The position numbers and the translations under genes are program-made. The notes below the pieces were generated by a model. The model ran no database searches. It worked only from the letters and a program-made list of their open reading frames with translations, and was not told the origin of the DNA. A stretch of DNA of 64,000 bases from Azolla caroliniana (Eukaryota; Plantae; Polypodiophyta): positions 17,174,001-17,238,000 of the forward strand of contig JBHGNT010000010.1 in the NCBI GenBank assembly GCA_043228905.1, written 5' to 3'. This document shows, in pieces, positions 51,560 to 64,000 of this stretch. Positions within the stretch are counted from its first letter, which is position 1. The number at the start of each line of letters is the position of its first letter.

Positions 51560-52100
51560 TACGTGGAATTTGCAAGGGACAACTATGTTTAAGAAACTTA
51601 ATTCATTATTGAATATTCAAATCATACATGACCTAAATCTTTATTGGCATGATTACACCATCTTGTGTTCTTTTGACATCATTACACATGATTTGAACAA
51701 GGGGCGTCTTGATGGAAGTCCTCGACCATTTTCAGTTTATAGTTGAATTAAAGGGTGGTCATCATGTAGACCTTTACAAATTCACGAATGAACTAACCAA
51801 TCTTGCAAAAATGGCCATGTTCGCACAATAGAACAACAAAACAATCAGTAGAACAAGTTATCATGGCAGTTAATATTATCATGGAAATATTGACATTCAA
51901 AACTCATTATCAATGCCATTGCTTTTTTCGCAAAACTTTGATGCAATCGACATAGGTTGCAAGCTAAACCCCAAAAAATGTGGATATGGAGTCAAAAGTG
52001 ATACCACATGTATTGTGTCCAAGAAGGTATCACAATATATCCAAAAAGATGAGAATCATGTTAACACCTACAAACAAGAAGTCAAATGGTGAGATTTCAA
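51560..52100 (+). mobile_element. Highly decayed Gypsy RT remnant
   Basis: KLNPKKCGYGVK followed after a frameshift by KEGITIYPK, resembling the RT C-terminus; otherwise unreadable. Confidence 0.35.
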
Positions 52101-52919
52101 AGGGAAGAGCAAATGGAACCATGGCATGGATTCTCAGGTGGATGAGGAGCTAAGTGGGCATAATGAGAAGGTGGATGAACATGGAAAAGTATTTTTCCTC
52201 CCCCAATATAATAGTGTCTAAGCTTTAGTAACAATGACACAAATACATGAAGCCTTATACTACCATAACAATCAGGTGCACATTGTCAAATTCATCAAGA
52301 TGGACCATAATGATTAAAGCCAAGGTACTATTTAACAATTCCTTACACTGGTTCATGAATTACGAGAAAAGCACATGGAGTGAGATGCCATCCAAATCTA
52401 CATTATTTCTGGTATATAACTGTAAGAAGATTAGGAACCAGGAAATGAACAATGTCAAGTAGTCCTTACATTGAAAAACATCATCGGAAGTACAAAAACA
52501 ACTTCTTGGGTTGTACAGATACTCGTACAGTTTAGATACCACAAATTAGGGTTTACCAAAGAGATGCTGTTTGGCATCTTCATAGTGAAATAGGCATCAT
52601 TCTTTTTCACCCAAGGTACAATGTGAAGGTTTAGCTATTTCAAAGTATGAACAATGGCTTACAAAGTGCCCTTCGCCAATCCGGTCAAGCCAGTATATAT
52701 ATATATATATACATGATTATGTAGTGGCAAGAAATGTTTTCAAAATGGGCCCCAACTCACCATCTCAGGTTAACAAGGTCACAACTCAATGGATGTTGTA
52801 GTTGTTTGTCATTCATCTCAAACATGTATATATATGCATTTTTACCTCAAAGAGATCACAAGTAATAAACGCGGTCTGCCACGAATCAATTGACCTGATA
52901 GAAATGCTTGAAAATACGG

Positions 52920-55576
52920 TCAAACTGGAATTACATTAGCTTTTGGATCTTCTTCACAGACCAAAATGACACCATCTAGGATTGTGGGAAGTAAGAATCT
53001 CTTCCACTGGCAACCAGTAGAAATGGGTTGCGAGGGAGCCACAATCATAAGCACATCATCAGACCTTTGAACGACACCCATCACAGTAACTGTGCTCCCT
53101 TCTTTTATGTACCTAATAGGTCAAGCAGATAATAATCTCCATTTTAGTTGCAAGGTGAAATTTGTTTCGAGAAAAATCTTGTACCATGGTCGAGCTAGTT
53201 AATATGAAATGCATCAAGTTCATTTTCATTAGCCTTGCCTTTTCAAGGGCAATGCTATTCGTTTCGAGAAAAATCTTGTACCACGGTTGAATAAGTTAAT
53301 ATGAAATGCATCAAGTTTGTTTTCGTTAACATTGCCTTTTCAAGGGCAATGCTATTTGTTCTGAGAAAAATCTTGTACCATGGTCGAATTAGTTAATATG
53401 TTATGCATCAAGTTCATTTTCGTTAGCATTTCCTTTTCAAGGGTAATGCTACTACTTTTCAGTGTTTGCAGAAAGATGCCAATGTCAATGGTATAACAAA
53501 CGCCATTATTTTAGAAGCTAACAATTGGTGTGCATGATTTGAAAACTACAATTTATCTTTTAGGTTCTTAATAGGGAAAAACCCGCTGCTAGAGACTTGA
53601 GCCTGACAACATTAGCAAAGCACAAGCTTTACCAGTACTTAAAGTCAATTTGCTTTCAGGTAAAATTTTACAAAGATTACATAACATCATAAAATTGATA
53701 CTGCTGGAGCAATAACTAAACCTAAAGCGATCTTACATCAATAGATTGAAACTAACATTGATGTTCCTACAAGGAAGACAACAAACTTACCCTTCCTTTA
53801 ACCTCATCACTCTATCATCTCGAGAGAGGTTCCGATCCGCGAGCCATTGCAAGAAATTCGCAGGAAGTTCTTGGTTCTTCTTGTTCGTGTCCAAGATGAT
53901 ACTTTCTTTGACATAAGGGGACACACTTGCACCATGACCAACTTTAACCAATGCTCTCAAACCCGATTGGTAATCCGAGATGTAGAAATCAACAGCATAG
54001 TGCTGTGTCAATCAACATCATCCATATGATGCAAATAATATACATATCCTTCTAGATGCCTTTGCCTCCATCTTAAATCCAAATCTTTAATTTAATCTTA
54101 AATCTAATGTTGAATTTAATCTTAAATCTACTAACAAGTCTAATCTTAGATCAAATCTCAAATCTATTTTACATTTATCATTTTTATTAGCAATTTACTC
54201 ACCTCCAAATATCTCAACCCCCATGTGAATACACAATGTTTTGGCCTCGCTGGTTTTGCATTGAAATTACTCCGGTATTCATAGAGTCCAGTTGATGTAT
54301 ACACACACCTATTCACCTTCTGATAAGATGTCTCAAGAGGAATACTCCCACATGTAATCACCTACAAGGAAGCAATAAAATTTATGAATCAATGAAAAAT
54401 GCATAAATCGAAGAAATGGTTGAAATGCCCATGTTTCAATGAATCACATCTAAGATTACAAGTTAAAAATCCTGATTTTTCAAGGGATGTAATGTCGGTT
54501 TTCCCATTAGCAGTAGGAACTGAATTCTTGATTAAAACTAGATAATAACAACCCATCCATAATGAGAGACAGACAGAGAGACTTACACCAGTAATTTTAA
54601 CATATTGTCCTTCTTTAGCTTGACCCAATCCTGAGTCGGGATATCGGGCGACAAACCCCAAGCCTGACCCTTGACCAATCAACATGTGCAATGCCAGCAC
54701 TGCAACTAGGGCAATAAAGAGAGAAGCCACAACAATCAACAAAATCGCATTCTGAACAGCCCCCCATATAAACCCACCAGCCACAAAACCCATGAGGAAA
54801 AGTGGAATGATTGTCCACAGAATTATCCGTGGGAAACTCGTCCGGAACGCAATTTTCCCATGAGTGGGGATTTTGGTGATGGCTTGATTAGATGCAAATT
54901 TTGAAGAGATGCCACCTTCAGTGTAAATGGGGCCAGATAATTTCCTTGAAGAAGAAGGAATTCCTCCGGTTGAAGAAAGAGGTCCGGAGGTGATAAGACC
55001 AGTGGTAGGAAGATTGGGTGGTACAGGGCCAGAACTTTGTCTAGATAGAGGGCCTGACATTTTCCTAGGATTAGAGATAGGCTTACAGTTAGGGTTAGGG
55101 AAAATGCTACCATTAGTGTTGGGGTTAGGCTTACTGTTAGTGTTCAGGCTGCCGACATTAATGTTAACGTTGGAGGTAGAATTAGGGATAGTGTTGGTAC
55201 TGGTAGGAAAGTTAGGGTTATAAAAAGGGTTTCCATTGTCTCCAATTCTAGAGAGGGGTCCGGAATGGGAAGTGAATGAGCCTGTTCTTCCATGGATGAT
55301 TGGGCCGGATTTCCTCGGTTTCATGGGGAAATCGACAGCAATGTCGAACATTTTGCCGAGCTCCCCAGATTTCTTGATGTCTCCACCAGTGTAAGGGATG
55401 ACTAAGGAAGAATAAGGAGAGGAGGAGTGAGGTAGCATGGTGGGTGCCTCTGGTTTTTCCTTGTTACAGTGATCAGGAGCTCCAGAGACGTATAGGCCAT
55501 TGCTTAGCTGGTGATGAGAGACAACTCTGTCACGGTGGTGGTGATGGTGATGGTGATGGTGGTTAGGTGTAGCCAT
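52920..55576 (-). CDS. SHOU4: SHOU4-family plasma-membrane protein (At1g78880/At1g16860-like), ~517 aa; exons 55576-54587, 54361-54203, 54002-53791, 53112-52920
   Basis: SHHQLSNGLYVSG, PYTGGDIKKSGELGKMFDI, repeated SGP motifs, LPTTGLITSGP, two hydrophobic segments, VDFYISDYQSGLRALVK, RVMRLKEGYIKEG; GT-AG introns with consistent phases. Family-level call only. Confidence 0.9.
53161..53451. repeat. 3 x 97-bp tandem repeat in SHOU4 intron 3
   Basis: Units start at 53161, 53258 and 53355 (gagaaaaatcttgtacca...tttcaagggcaatgcta). Confidence 0.92.
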
Positions 55577-55803
55577 GGAAGTAATGGAGAAAGGAAGGAA
55601 GGATGGATGGATGGATGAATGAATGAATGAATGAAGGGTTGGATGAAGAATTTGAACCTGCAGGGGGAAGAAGTGAAGGAGAAGGAGATGGAGATTGAAT
55701 GGAAAGTTTGTTCTGTTTTTGTCTGAGAGGAGGGAAGGAAGGAAGGAAGGGAAAGAAGGAAATATGTACATATATACATACACACATTATTACATATACA
55801 TCA

Positions 55804-56163
<360 letters not shown>

Positions 56164-56454
56164 TAGGAAATAAGAAGGGTGAGATTGAGAGGTAGTGGAG
56201 GGAAATGGGAGGGAATTTCTTGTGGAATTTGTATGTATGTAGGAGGAGAAGGTTTGGTTCTTCTTCCTTTTTTGTTGTTGATAATTTCATTTTCTTCCCC
56301 TTTTTCGGTTGACATGGGGGATAGAGAAGAAGTGGAAAAAGAGGAGAGTAGAAGGGAAGGAGAAGGGAAGGAGGAGATCAAGAGAATGTAGACACGAGGA
56401 TCCCTTCGGTGCGTTACCAATTGGGTTGGATCATGGAAGAGGGGAGGAACAAGG

Positions 56455-56682
56455 ATGGGAAGGGAACAAGGGCAAGGGCAAGGACTAGGACTAGGACTAC
56501 GAATAGGAGTAGGTATGGGATTGGGAGTAGGACTACGTCTAGGACTAGGTCTCGGACTGAGAGAAGGATTAGGTCTCGGACTGGGAGAAGGACTATGTCT
56601 GAGATTGGGAGAAGGACTAGGTCCGAGACGAGGAGAAGGACTATGTCAGGGACTGGGAGTAGGAGTAGGTTTGGGACTGGGC
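56455..56682. repeat. Degenerate 6-bp-period repeat with a 24-bp higher-order unit (gggagaaggactaggtctcggact)
   Basis: GGACTA/GGGAGT/GGCAAG hexamers, with the 24-mer repeated about 4 times at 56540-56655. Confidence 0.75.
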
Positions 56683-59600
56683 GTTGGTTTGAAGATGTGA
56701 TTTTGTTTTGGGACGAAGCACAAAGGAGGAAAAAGAGAGAGAGGTCAAGGAGATGGGGGGTGGCATGCATGAGCAGAGAAAAAATGTGGAAAAGAGTTCC
56801 GTCGGCAGGGACACAACACTTCAACAAACCTGTTAGGAGTTTATTACTAATCAATAGACCAAATGAAAATAAAAAAAAGGTGAATAGGTTGGATAGAAGA
56901 ACTTGTTCCTCTCAACCAACCCTACCAATGACGTCACATACCGACGGATATTAGGATGACTAATACCTTTGAATAGTTAATACGATTATCATGACGAAAG
57001 CCTAGCCCCTATTATTGGTGTCTCAAGACTTTAGCCTTCGGACCTGGTGTGTTATAGGAGGATAACTAGGCCTCATATTTATACTTCTTCTTAGGCCCCT
57101 TGAATAGATGTGCTTTTTCTAAAAACTCTTCATTCATAGGTTGTGAAGATCATGATAGTGCATGCACCTATCATTCTTTCTATCCAATCACATAAGTCCT
57201 TTTTATGACATTAATGAACATACCCTTCACTTATCTTTTTGTAAATTTAGTGACCTACACTCATCTAAGTTATGTGTGCATAACAAAAAACCCTTGAAAG
57301 ATTTATCCTTTAACTCTTATCTCTCATTGGCTTCTTTCCAAACATGCATCCCGACACACCCTAATCTGGTTATCAAGTGATGAGTAGGAAAAACGGCAAG
57401 GGCAAGAAAACAAAAACTTACGGAATTTTGTCAAAGTGTGTGAGTTCTATTTGGTACGAGAACACTTCAGCAAACCAAAATTTCGTGTTCACAAAATGTG
57501 ATGTGGGATTGTTTCTTTGGCTCGTCATAATCATCATGATATGGAATAACCCTAGATAGAGTTAGGAAAAAGTAAATTCTTAGGGTTGGGCTAAACCAAT
57601 TTGTGGTGTGAAACTACAACTTAATTGTTATGGTTTGATTCAATTCAAGTTTTAAAGTTCTTTATCAACTTAATGGTTTAATGACTTAAGGATTCCATGG
57701 GATATTTTTGAAAGATTTAATAAATATAAATTACCTTGATGTATTATGAAGTTTTAACTGTGTGGCCTAACAATTCTCTTAAGTTTTAGATTTCTTTAGA
57801 GTTTTTAAAAAATGTCCCTTTATTGAAAAGTTGAAAATTTGAGTGCATAGTCAGTCACCAATCATTCAGTTTGAGCTGAAACCACGTCTTAACATGTTGT
57901 AGATCTCCGGCAACATTTCCTCAAATATTTGGGTTTAGGAGTTTCGAGATTTAGTTTTAGTTTCAAAATTTGTAAATGCTTTGTTTTGAAACAGTTGGAG
58001 TTTTGAGACACCCAAACCAAACTAGATTGTTGCTAATTACTATTTAGAGTTTGGCATTCCAATAAACATAGATTAAAAAACAATTAGGGGAAAAAGAGAT
58101 TAGGGAGTGAGAAGAAGGAAAGGAGAATATCGTTGATATTAGGGAAGGGGGTGTTCAAAAAAATTGCAAATATATATATAATGTGTAGCTTAAAGTTCTC
58201 ATTCATGCACACAAATTTTGGCCTTGAGATATGTAGCGTATCCACGACAGATGTTTAGCAATTAGTAATAGAAATGATTGAAACACTTGGGTAGAATATG
58301 AAAGATAGATACAAAATCCCATTGGTGTTCCAAACCACCAAACATGGCCTAGCATGATACTTTGGGGTGTCTGCAAGACTATGGATCCAAAATACACGAG
58401 ATCCTTGCCACACTAGCAAAGTCTCAGCAAAGTCTCCAATATTCTATGCGAAAGGGAGGTAGCTAGTTCTTTCATATAGTTGAGCTATATCAATCACCAT
58501 GTGTCCCAACCCATCAGCGTTTGCCTCCAAGTCCTAGGATATGATGTTTCCAATTATCCTACATTTAAATCCATTAAAAATAGCCTTCAATAGTGGTTAT
58601 TAATGTTATGCTAGTAAAGTTAGTTGCTCTTTTTCATTGATAAGTGTGTTAAATAAATGGTAATGAAAATGAGAAATACACAACTTCTCCTTAAGTGTAG
58701 TTAGGTGAAAGACAAACAATATAGAATCACCATGGCCAACACTTACTCAAATATCTTGCAACACTATGAAGGATGAAGCCATCACTAATTCTTTGCGTCT
58801 TTGGAGAAGACCTTCTTACTTGCACAATTGAAAGAATGGGCACATTTCAATACCACAAACAACAATAGAAGTCAAACAAAAGACATGAAGAGAATAAACC
58901 CATTATTGCAAACAACCACTCAATAATTATTAAAGTTAAGCAAAAAGATTTGATGATGAAGCAACATAAAGTAGCATAGCACTTGCTATGACCAACGCAA
59001 TAACTAGATGTTATAATACATTCAAATCGTAGAGTTGGAAAAAAGGAGGATTAACTCAATTGTGGGGGGAAAGGGTGTATGTTATATTTTGCAAGAAGCA
59101 TGGTAAAAATACTAAATCAAGAATTGAGAGGGTTGTTGCTCTCATGGAAGGCATGTGTTTTGTAGCTTCTAATGTATCTGAAGATACTTCCAACGTTTCA
59201 TATTGAGCTCATATATTCGTAATAAGATAATACCATAGAGCAATGATTGTCTCCTTTGGTTGACTTTCTTCTCTTGCAAGACCTACTTTGCATCTAGATT
59301 TCCAAATGTTCCATAGCATGATAGAGGCTATGGTGGGCATGGAGAATGTTAATCATTGCATAGATAGAGATCTTAGACGAAGAAAGCAATGTCGTGGATT
59401 GTAGTCTAATTTGGTAAAATTATGTGTCGATTGGATTTTTAAATAGCATCAAGATACATCATGAATCCATTCTCGTCAACACCTTGATTACATACATCCT
59501 CTGTGTCTCAATGCTCTTATTCACTCTCCTTTCATTTTTTGTTTCCCCTTCCTTTGTAGAGAAACAACAAACTTTTTTCAACGAGGCTTCTTCCTACTCC

Positions 59601-59737
59601 TTAAAGACTTTGTTGCCTTCTACACTCGTGTGATGGGTGTTAGGATTTGAACAATAAACTTCCACATAATAGATTATAGCTTCATGCATCAAGAAATTTA
59701 AGGGAATCTCATGATTACTTTTTGAATAACTACCTCC

Positions 59738-60298
59738 ATAGTTTAGGTTTCTGAAATAACTAGGCATCTCCAAATGGAAAATATATATAAGCTATAGATT
59801 TTCATCAATTACATTTGTTGAAGTATATTTTAAAGTTTCAATTACAAACAACTTTGAAGTGAAAATTCTTTATGGATTTCCTACAAAGTTTATGAATGTT
59901 TTTTGTTCCCATATTTTTACTTGGGTTTCCAAGGGCCGAGTTAGGTGTTGCACATTTGAACTACTATGTTTATTCCACATCAAAAGATGAGCAAGTAGTT
60001 ATGATAGACAATGACAATAGTTTAGGTTTCTGAAATAACTAGGCATCTCCAAATGGAAAATATATATAAGCTATAGATTTTCATCAATTACATTTGTTGA
60101 AGTATATTTTAAAGTTTCAATTACAAACAACTTTGAAGTGAAAATTCTTTATGGATTTCCTACAAAGTTTATGAATGTTTTTTGTTCCCATATTTTTACT
60201 TGGGTTTCCAAGGGCCGAGTTAGGTGTTGCACATTTGAACTACTATGTTTATTCCACATCAAAAGATGAGCAAGTAGTTATGATAGACAATGACAATA
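59738..60298. repeat. 279-bp direct tandem duplication, copies apparently identical
   Basis: Copies 59738-60016 and 60017-60295 with ATA microhomology at the junction; no differences found by eye. Confidence 0.93.
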
Positions 60299-62269
60299 TA
60301 GTTAATGTTTGCATAAATGACCTTTTGTCTAGGTTGATGATCCTAGACAAAAAGAAGTTTTCCTTGTTTTTTGCCATAGTCAATGAGTGTTGCTATAGAT
60401 ACTTATAAATACACAATATATGTTTGAATGCGGCATAAGTGTATAGGGAATGCCTCACTCAAGGTCATTCATTTTCCATTATGATGCATCAATGATGAAC
60501 TCGCACATTAATATTTCATAAAGAGGAAGCAGGCTAGCCAATCGTTGGATTTGATTCGCACAACAAGAAAATTGTTGCTAGACACAAGTTTACATCAAGA
60601 ATTGGTCATTTTTTAGTGGATTGGAAAATGAGAAACGTGATATATCACACCAAGTCAAATGCCCCTAGTTGTTGGCATGCAACTCTATGAATCAATTATT
60701 TGTACCAAATGTATTTATAGGACTTACACATTAAGAATAGAATAACTCTTTAGGAGACCATGTGTTCTTGTTAGGCACCTTGTTTAAAATGTTACTAGCA
60801 ATGCCAAAATTTAAGGAGTTACCCTAGAAGCATAGTGAAAATGAAAGGAAACTAAAATCCAAAAAAGATAGAAGAATCTATTTGTTGTTTCATTTTAAAA
60901 TACACATGTAAAGGCAAAATTTTAAGCAATCCTAAAACGAAAAGAGGGTGAAGGAAAATGACCAAAAAGTGTATGGATTGAAAGACGAAGGGTTTTAAAT
61001 TCTAATCCAAATGAAACCTCTCTACAAAAAAAACTAGAAATTTTATCAATCTAATTATGTCTAGATTATCACTAAGCAAGTTTGGAACACCTATCAATAA
61101 GAAGCCTTGTGCAACCTAAAGAGAGAGCCAAAATGTCCACAAATATGAAAAGGGACATAATTATAGGTTATGAAATGTATAATAGGATGAAAATATAAGC
61201 AAAAGGGACATAATCTCTCACTAATCTCTTGTGCTCTCTCTCAACCAATCTTATGTTAACTCTTTTTATGTTCAAACTTAAGTACTTAAGTTCCACCCCT
61301 TGTAAGTGTGGTTTGTGAAATAAAAGAGATATTGTTTGCTAGCCTTTACACTTGATTTCTTGTGTTCTCCTTGTTTTGAGTGATTAGGCATGAGTAAAGC
61401 TGTAATTTGGTTAAGCTTTCCATTGTCATTATTTGAGAGAGGTAAATGATTAGATAGTTTGCTTAGATAGCATATGAGACCTTGTTAGACACACTTGGGA
61501 GTGGTTGCCACCGACTTCTTACCGCCTCACTTGCAAAACAATGCACATTCCTCACATATGGATCCCTTTTAAGGTTTCTAAGGGGAAATGTATTCATTGT
61601 CAGTCTCTGACACTTTTTGTCAGACTATGAGTCATCCTCAATGGATATGAGTAATTCAGCCCATCAAAACTTTATTTCATAGTGTCAAAAGATTAGTGAT
61701 TACCATAACAACAATGTATCTCATTACCAAACAAAAGTATGTTCATGAATACTCTTGCAAATACATTTTGTCAATTGGTATCAGATGTGTACACTTTTAT
61801 GATGGTTTTGACTAGGTGAGAAGGTAAGTTAATGTCAATAATGGATTGCATAGAATTGGTAGCATAAGTAATTTGTCACTAAAAGCGGTATTCATCAAAT
61901 TTGAAACAAGAGTTGCGGAAACGAACATTTATTACTTATACAAGGTTTCACTAATGGATCTTTATGACCATCTTATGAGTTTTGAATCTTGATTAATCCT
62001 AGTTTTTCATATTTTTTCACAAATGTGGGTCCCTTTTTTCATAAAATTGTGTCAGAACACTAGTTAAACAATCAAACATCACCTTTACCACAACATAATG
62101 AAAGGCATCACCAAGGTACACGTTGCTTAATGGGTGCAATATAATGATCATGCAACCAAATATGTACCATGTCAATGATCCCTCTTAGGTTGAACATCAT
62201 AAAATAGAATAGCGAAATCATAATATGGCATGAAACTACCCTCCCTCCAAGTTTCTCTACATACTCGTC

Positions 62270-63358
62270 ATTGGATAATGACAATTATAGAGCAAACTAT
62301 AAAACAAGGATTTCCAAATGATTGGCTTATGAATTGGATTAAACCAATATTTAAAGCTGGAGATAAGAATCAAGTATCAAATTATCGTACAATAATGGTG
62401 AGCTTAACTATTGCTAAATTATATTGCACTATTATGGAGAAAAAGATAAGCACATGGGTTGAAAGTACAAGCAAAAGAGCACTTGGGCAAGCAGGATTTA
62501 GACCAAAACACTCCACCGTGGATCATTTGGTCACGTTGAGGGTAATCATGGAAGAGAGTTGACTACAAGGAAAAACACTTTATTGTTGTTTTGTTGATTT
62601 CAAGAATGCTTTTGATACCGTACCACGAAGTGAGCTTTGGAATAGAATGGTAGAGATTGACATGGCATTAGAGTACCGAGTTACTATTGCACGCCTATAT
62701 GAACAAGTTAAATGCCAACTAAAAATGGATAGTGGATTTTCAAAGCAATTTTTAAGTAACATGGGGGTCAAGCAAGGATGTCCACTATCACCCACACTCT
62801 TTCACTTTTGTATTGATAAATTAGAAGAAGAGGTGAATAAGGTTGCAAGAGAAGAAGGATTGAATGCCCCCAAATTGATGCAACATGTTATCTTATTGCT
62901 TCTATATGCAGATGATGTGGTACTCTTCTCATATGATGTTGATAGTATGCAACATTTACTTGGGGTATTAGAATAATTTTTCCATAGTAGTAGAGTAGCA
63001 GTGAATGTGGAGAAAACAAAAATGATGGTAGTGCAAACCATCCAACCTCATCATTACCCTATGATCACATATAGAGGGGAACATATACAATTTGTTCGAA
63101 GCTTTAAATATCTTGGTATTGATGTACCAACCACAAATAAATAGAGGGCATGCTTTGATTCTAGGCTCCAAGACAGTTGGAAATCGTATTACGTTTTGGA
63201 GAACCAATGCAACCAAAGTGATACTTGTGGATGGGAAGTAAAACTAATGTTGTTCAATGCCATGGAGTAAAAGTATGGGTTGGAACCATCTCTCTTAATG
63301 CATGGAATGAGATTGAGAAAATTCAAAAGATGTTTTTAAGGAGGCAATTAGGAGTTAA
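62270..63358 (+). mobile_element. RT fragment of a second RTE-X-like LINE
   Basis: PIFKAGDKNQVSNYRTI, GQAGFRPKHSTVDHL, FVDFKNAFD, GVKQGCPLSPTLF, LLLLYADDVVL, FKYLG; internal stops. Confidence 0.88.
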
Positions 63359-64000
63359 ATGCAAATATGTAGCAATGCTAAATTCAATGAAAGGGCCCAG
63401 AAACTACATGTTGAGATTGTTATGACAGGTTTGGATGGCCATTCTTTCATCAGGAGTTCATTAGTGGATATGTATGCTACATGTGGGCTACTTGTTGAGG
63501 CGCAGAAGATATTTAATTTATTGCCTCTTAGAAATGTTATTTCATGGACAACCCTCATCTAAGGTTATGCTGAATATGGGCTCATCATTGAAGCTTTAGA
63601 ATGCTTAGAAAATATGCTTTTCGATGGCATATTACCTAATGCAATCACTTATGCATGTGCATTTAAAGCTTGCAACAACATTTCAGCTTTGAGCAAAGGC
63701 CATGAACTATATATTTAGATTACCAAAGAGGGGTTTCCATACGACATAAATGGCTCTCCAACATGCATAGATGAAGATGTGAGAGTACTTACAAATACAA
63801 TCATTGACATGTATTGAAAATGTGGGATCATGGCAAATGCTCATAAGGTCACAAACCAAAGATGCATAGGTCCATATTACATGATGTTCCTTAAGGTTCT
63901 TTCTGTCTACAGACATGGAGGTCTTGTCAGCATCGGAGAGAGGTGCTTTAAAGCTATGAAAAAATATGGTCTCTCTCCAACACTAGAGCATTACAATTGT
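63359..64000 (+). pseudogene. PLS-class pentatricopeptide repeat pseudogene fragment
   Basis: LHVEIV...SSLVDMYATCGLLVEAQKIFNLLPLRNVISWTTLI*GYAEYG..EALECLENMLFDGILPNAITYACAFKAC and later KYGLSPTLEHYNC; in-frame stops and frameshifts. Confidence 0.85.

Noticed and set aside
57000-61600. Possible decayed retroelement or LTR fragments
   Set aside because: Too degenerate to assign by eye, apart from the 279-bp duplication.

Overview
Eukaryotic land-plant genomic DNA. The RTE-X-like LINEs, PLS-PPR debris and abundant (CT)n tracts suggest a fern-like seed-free plant, but that is inference only. Four intact protein-coding genes are supported: a very long, low-complexity class A GATA transcription factor (14043-16322, +), NMD3 (2 exons, +), a mitochondrial ABC1/COQ8 atypical kinase (9 exons, +) and a SHOU4-family membrane protein (4 coding exons, -). 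Most of the rest is nested retroelements: L1-like and RTE-X-like LINE remnants, a full-length but disrupted Ty1/copia with a perfect 5-bp TSD, a truncated sister copia, a tRNA-Ala-primed TRIM-like element carrying an antisense Gypsy pol fragment, and a PPR pseudogene. The most unusual structure is 31609-36645. It is a stack of four related but different LTR types from a pol-less, tRNA-Trp-primed lineage that makes 4-bp ACG(G/C) TSDs. It includes a chimeric three-LTR unit whose second internal domain has collapsed to 11 bp, and it appears to have re-used the same 4-bp target. I see no clearly novel protein system. All calls were made by eye, with no database searches.
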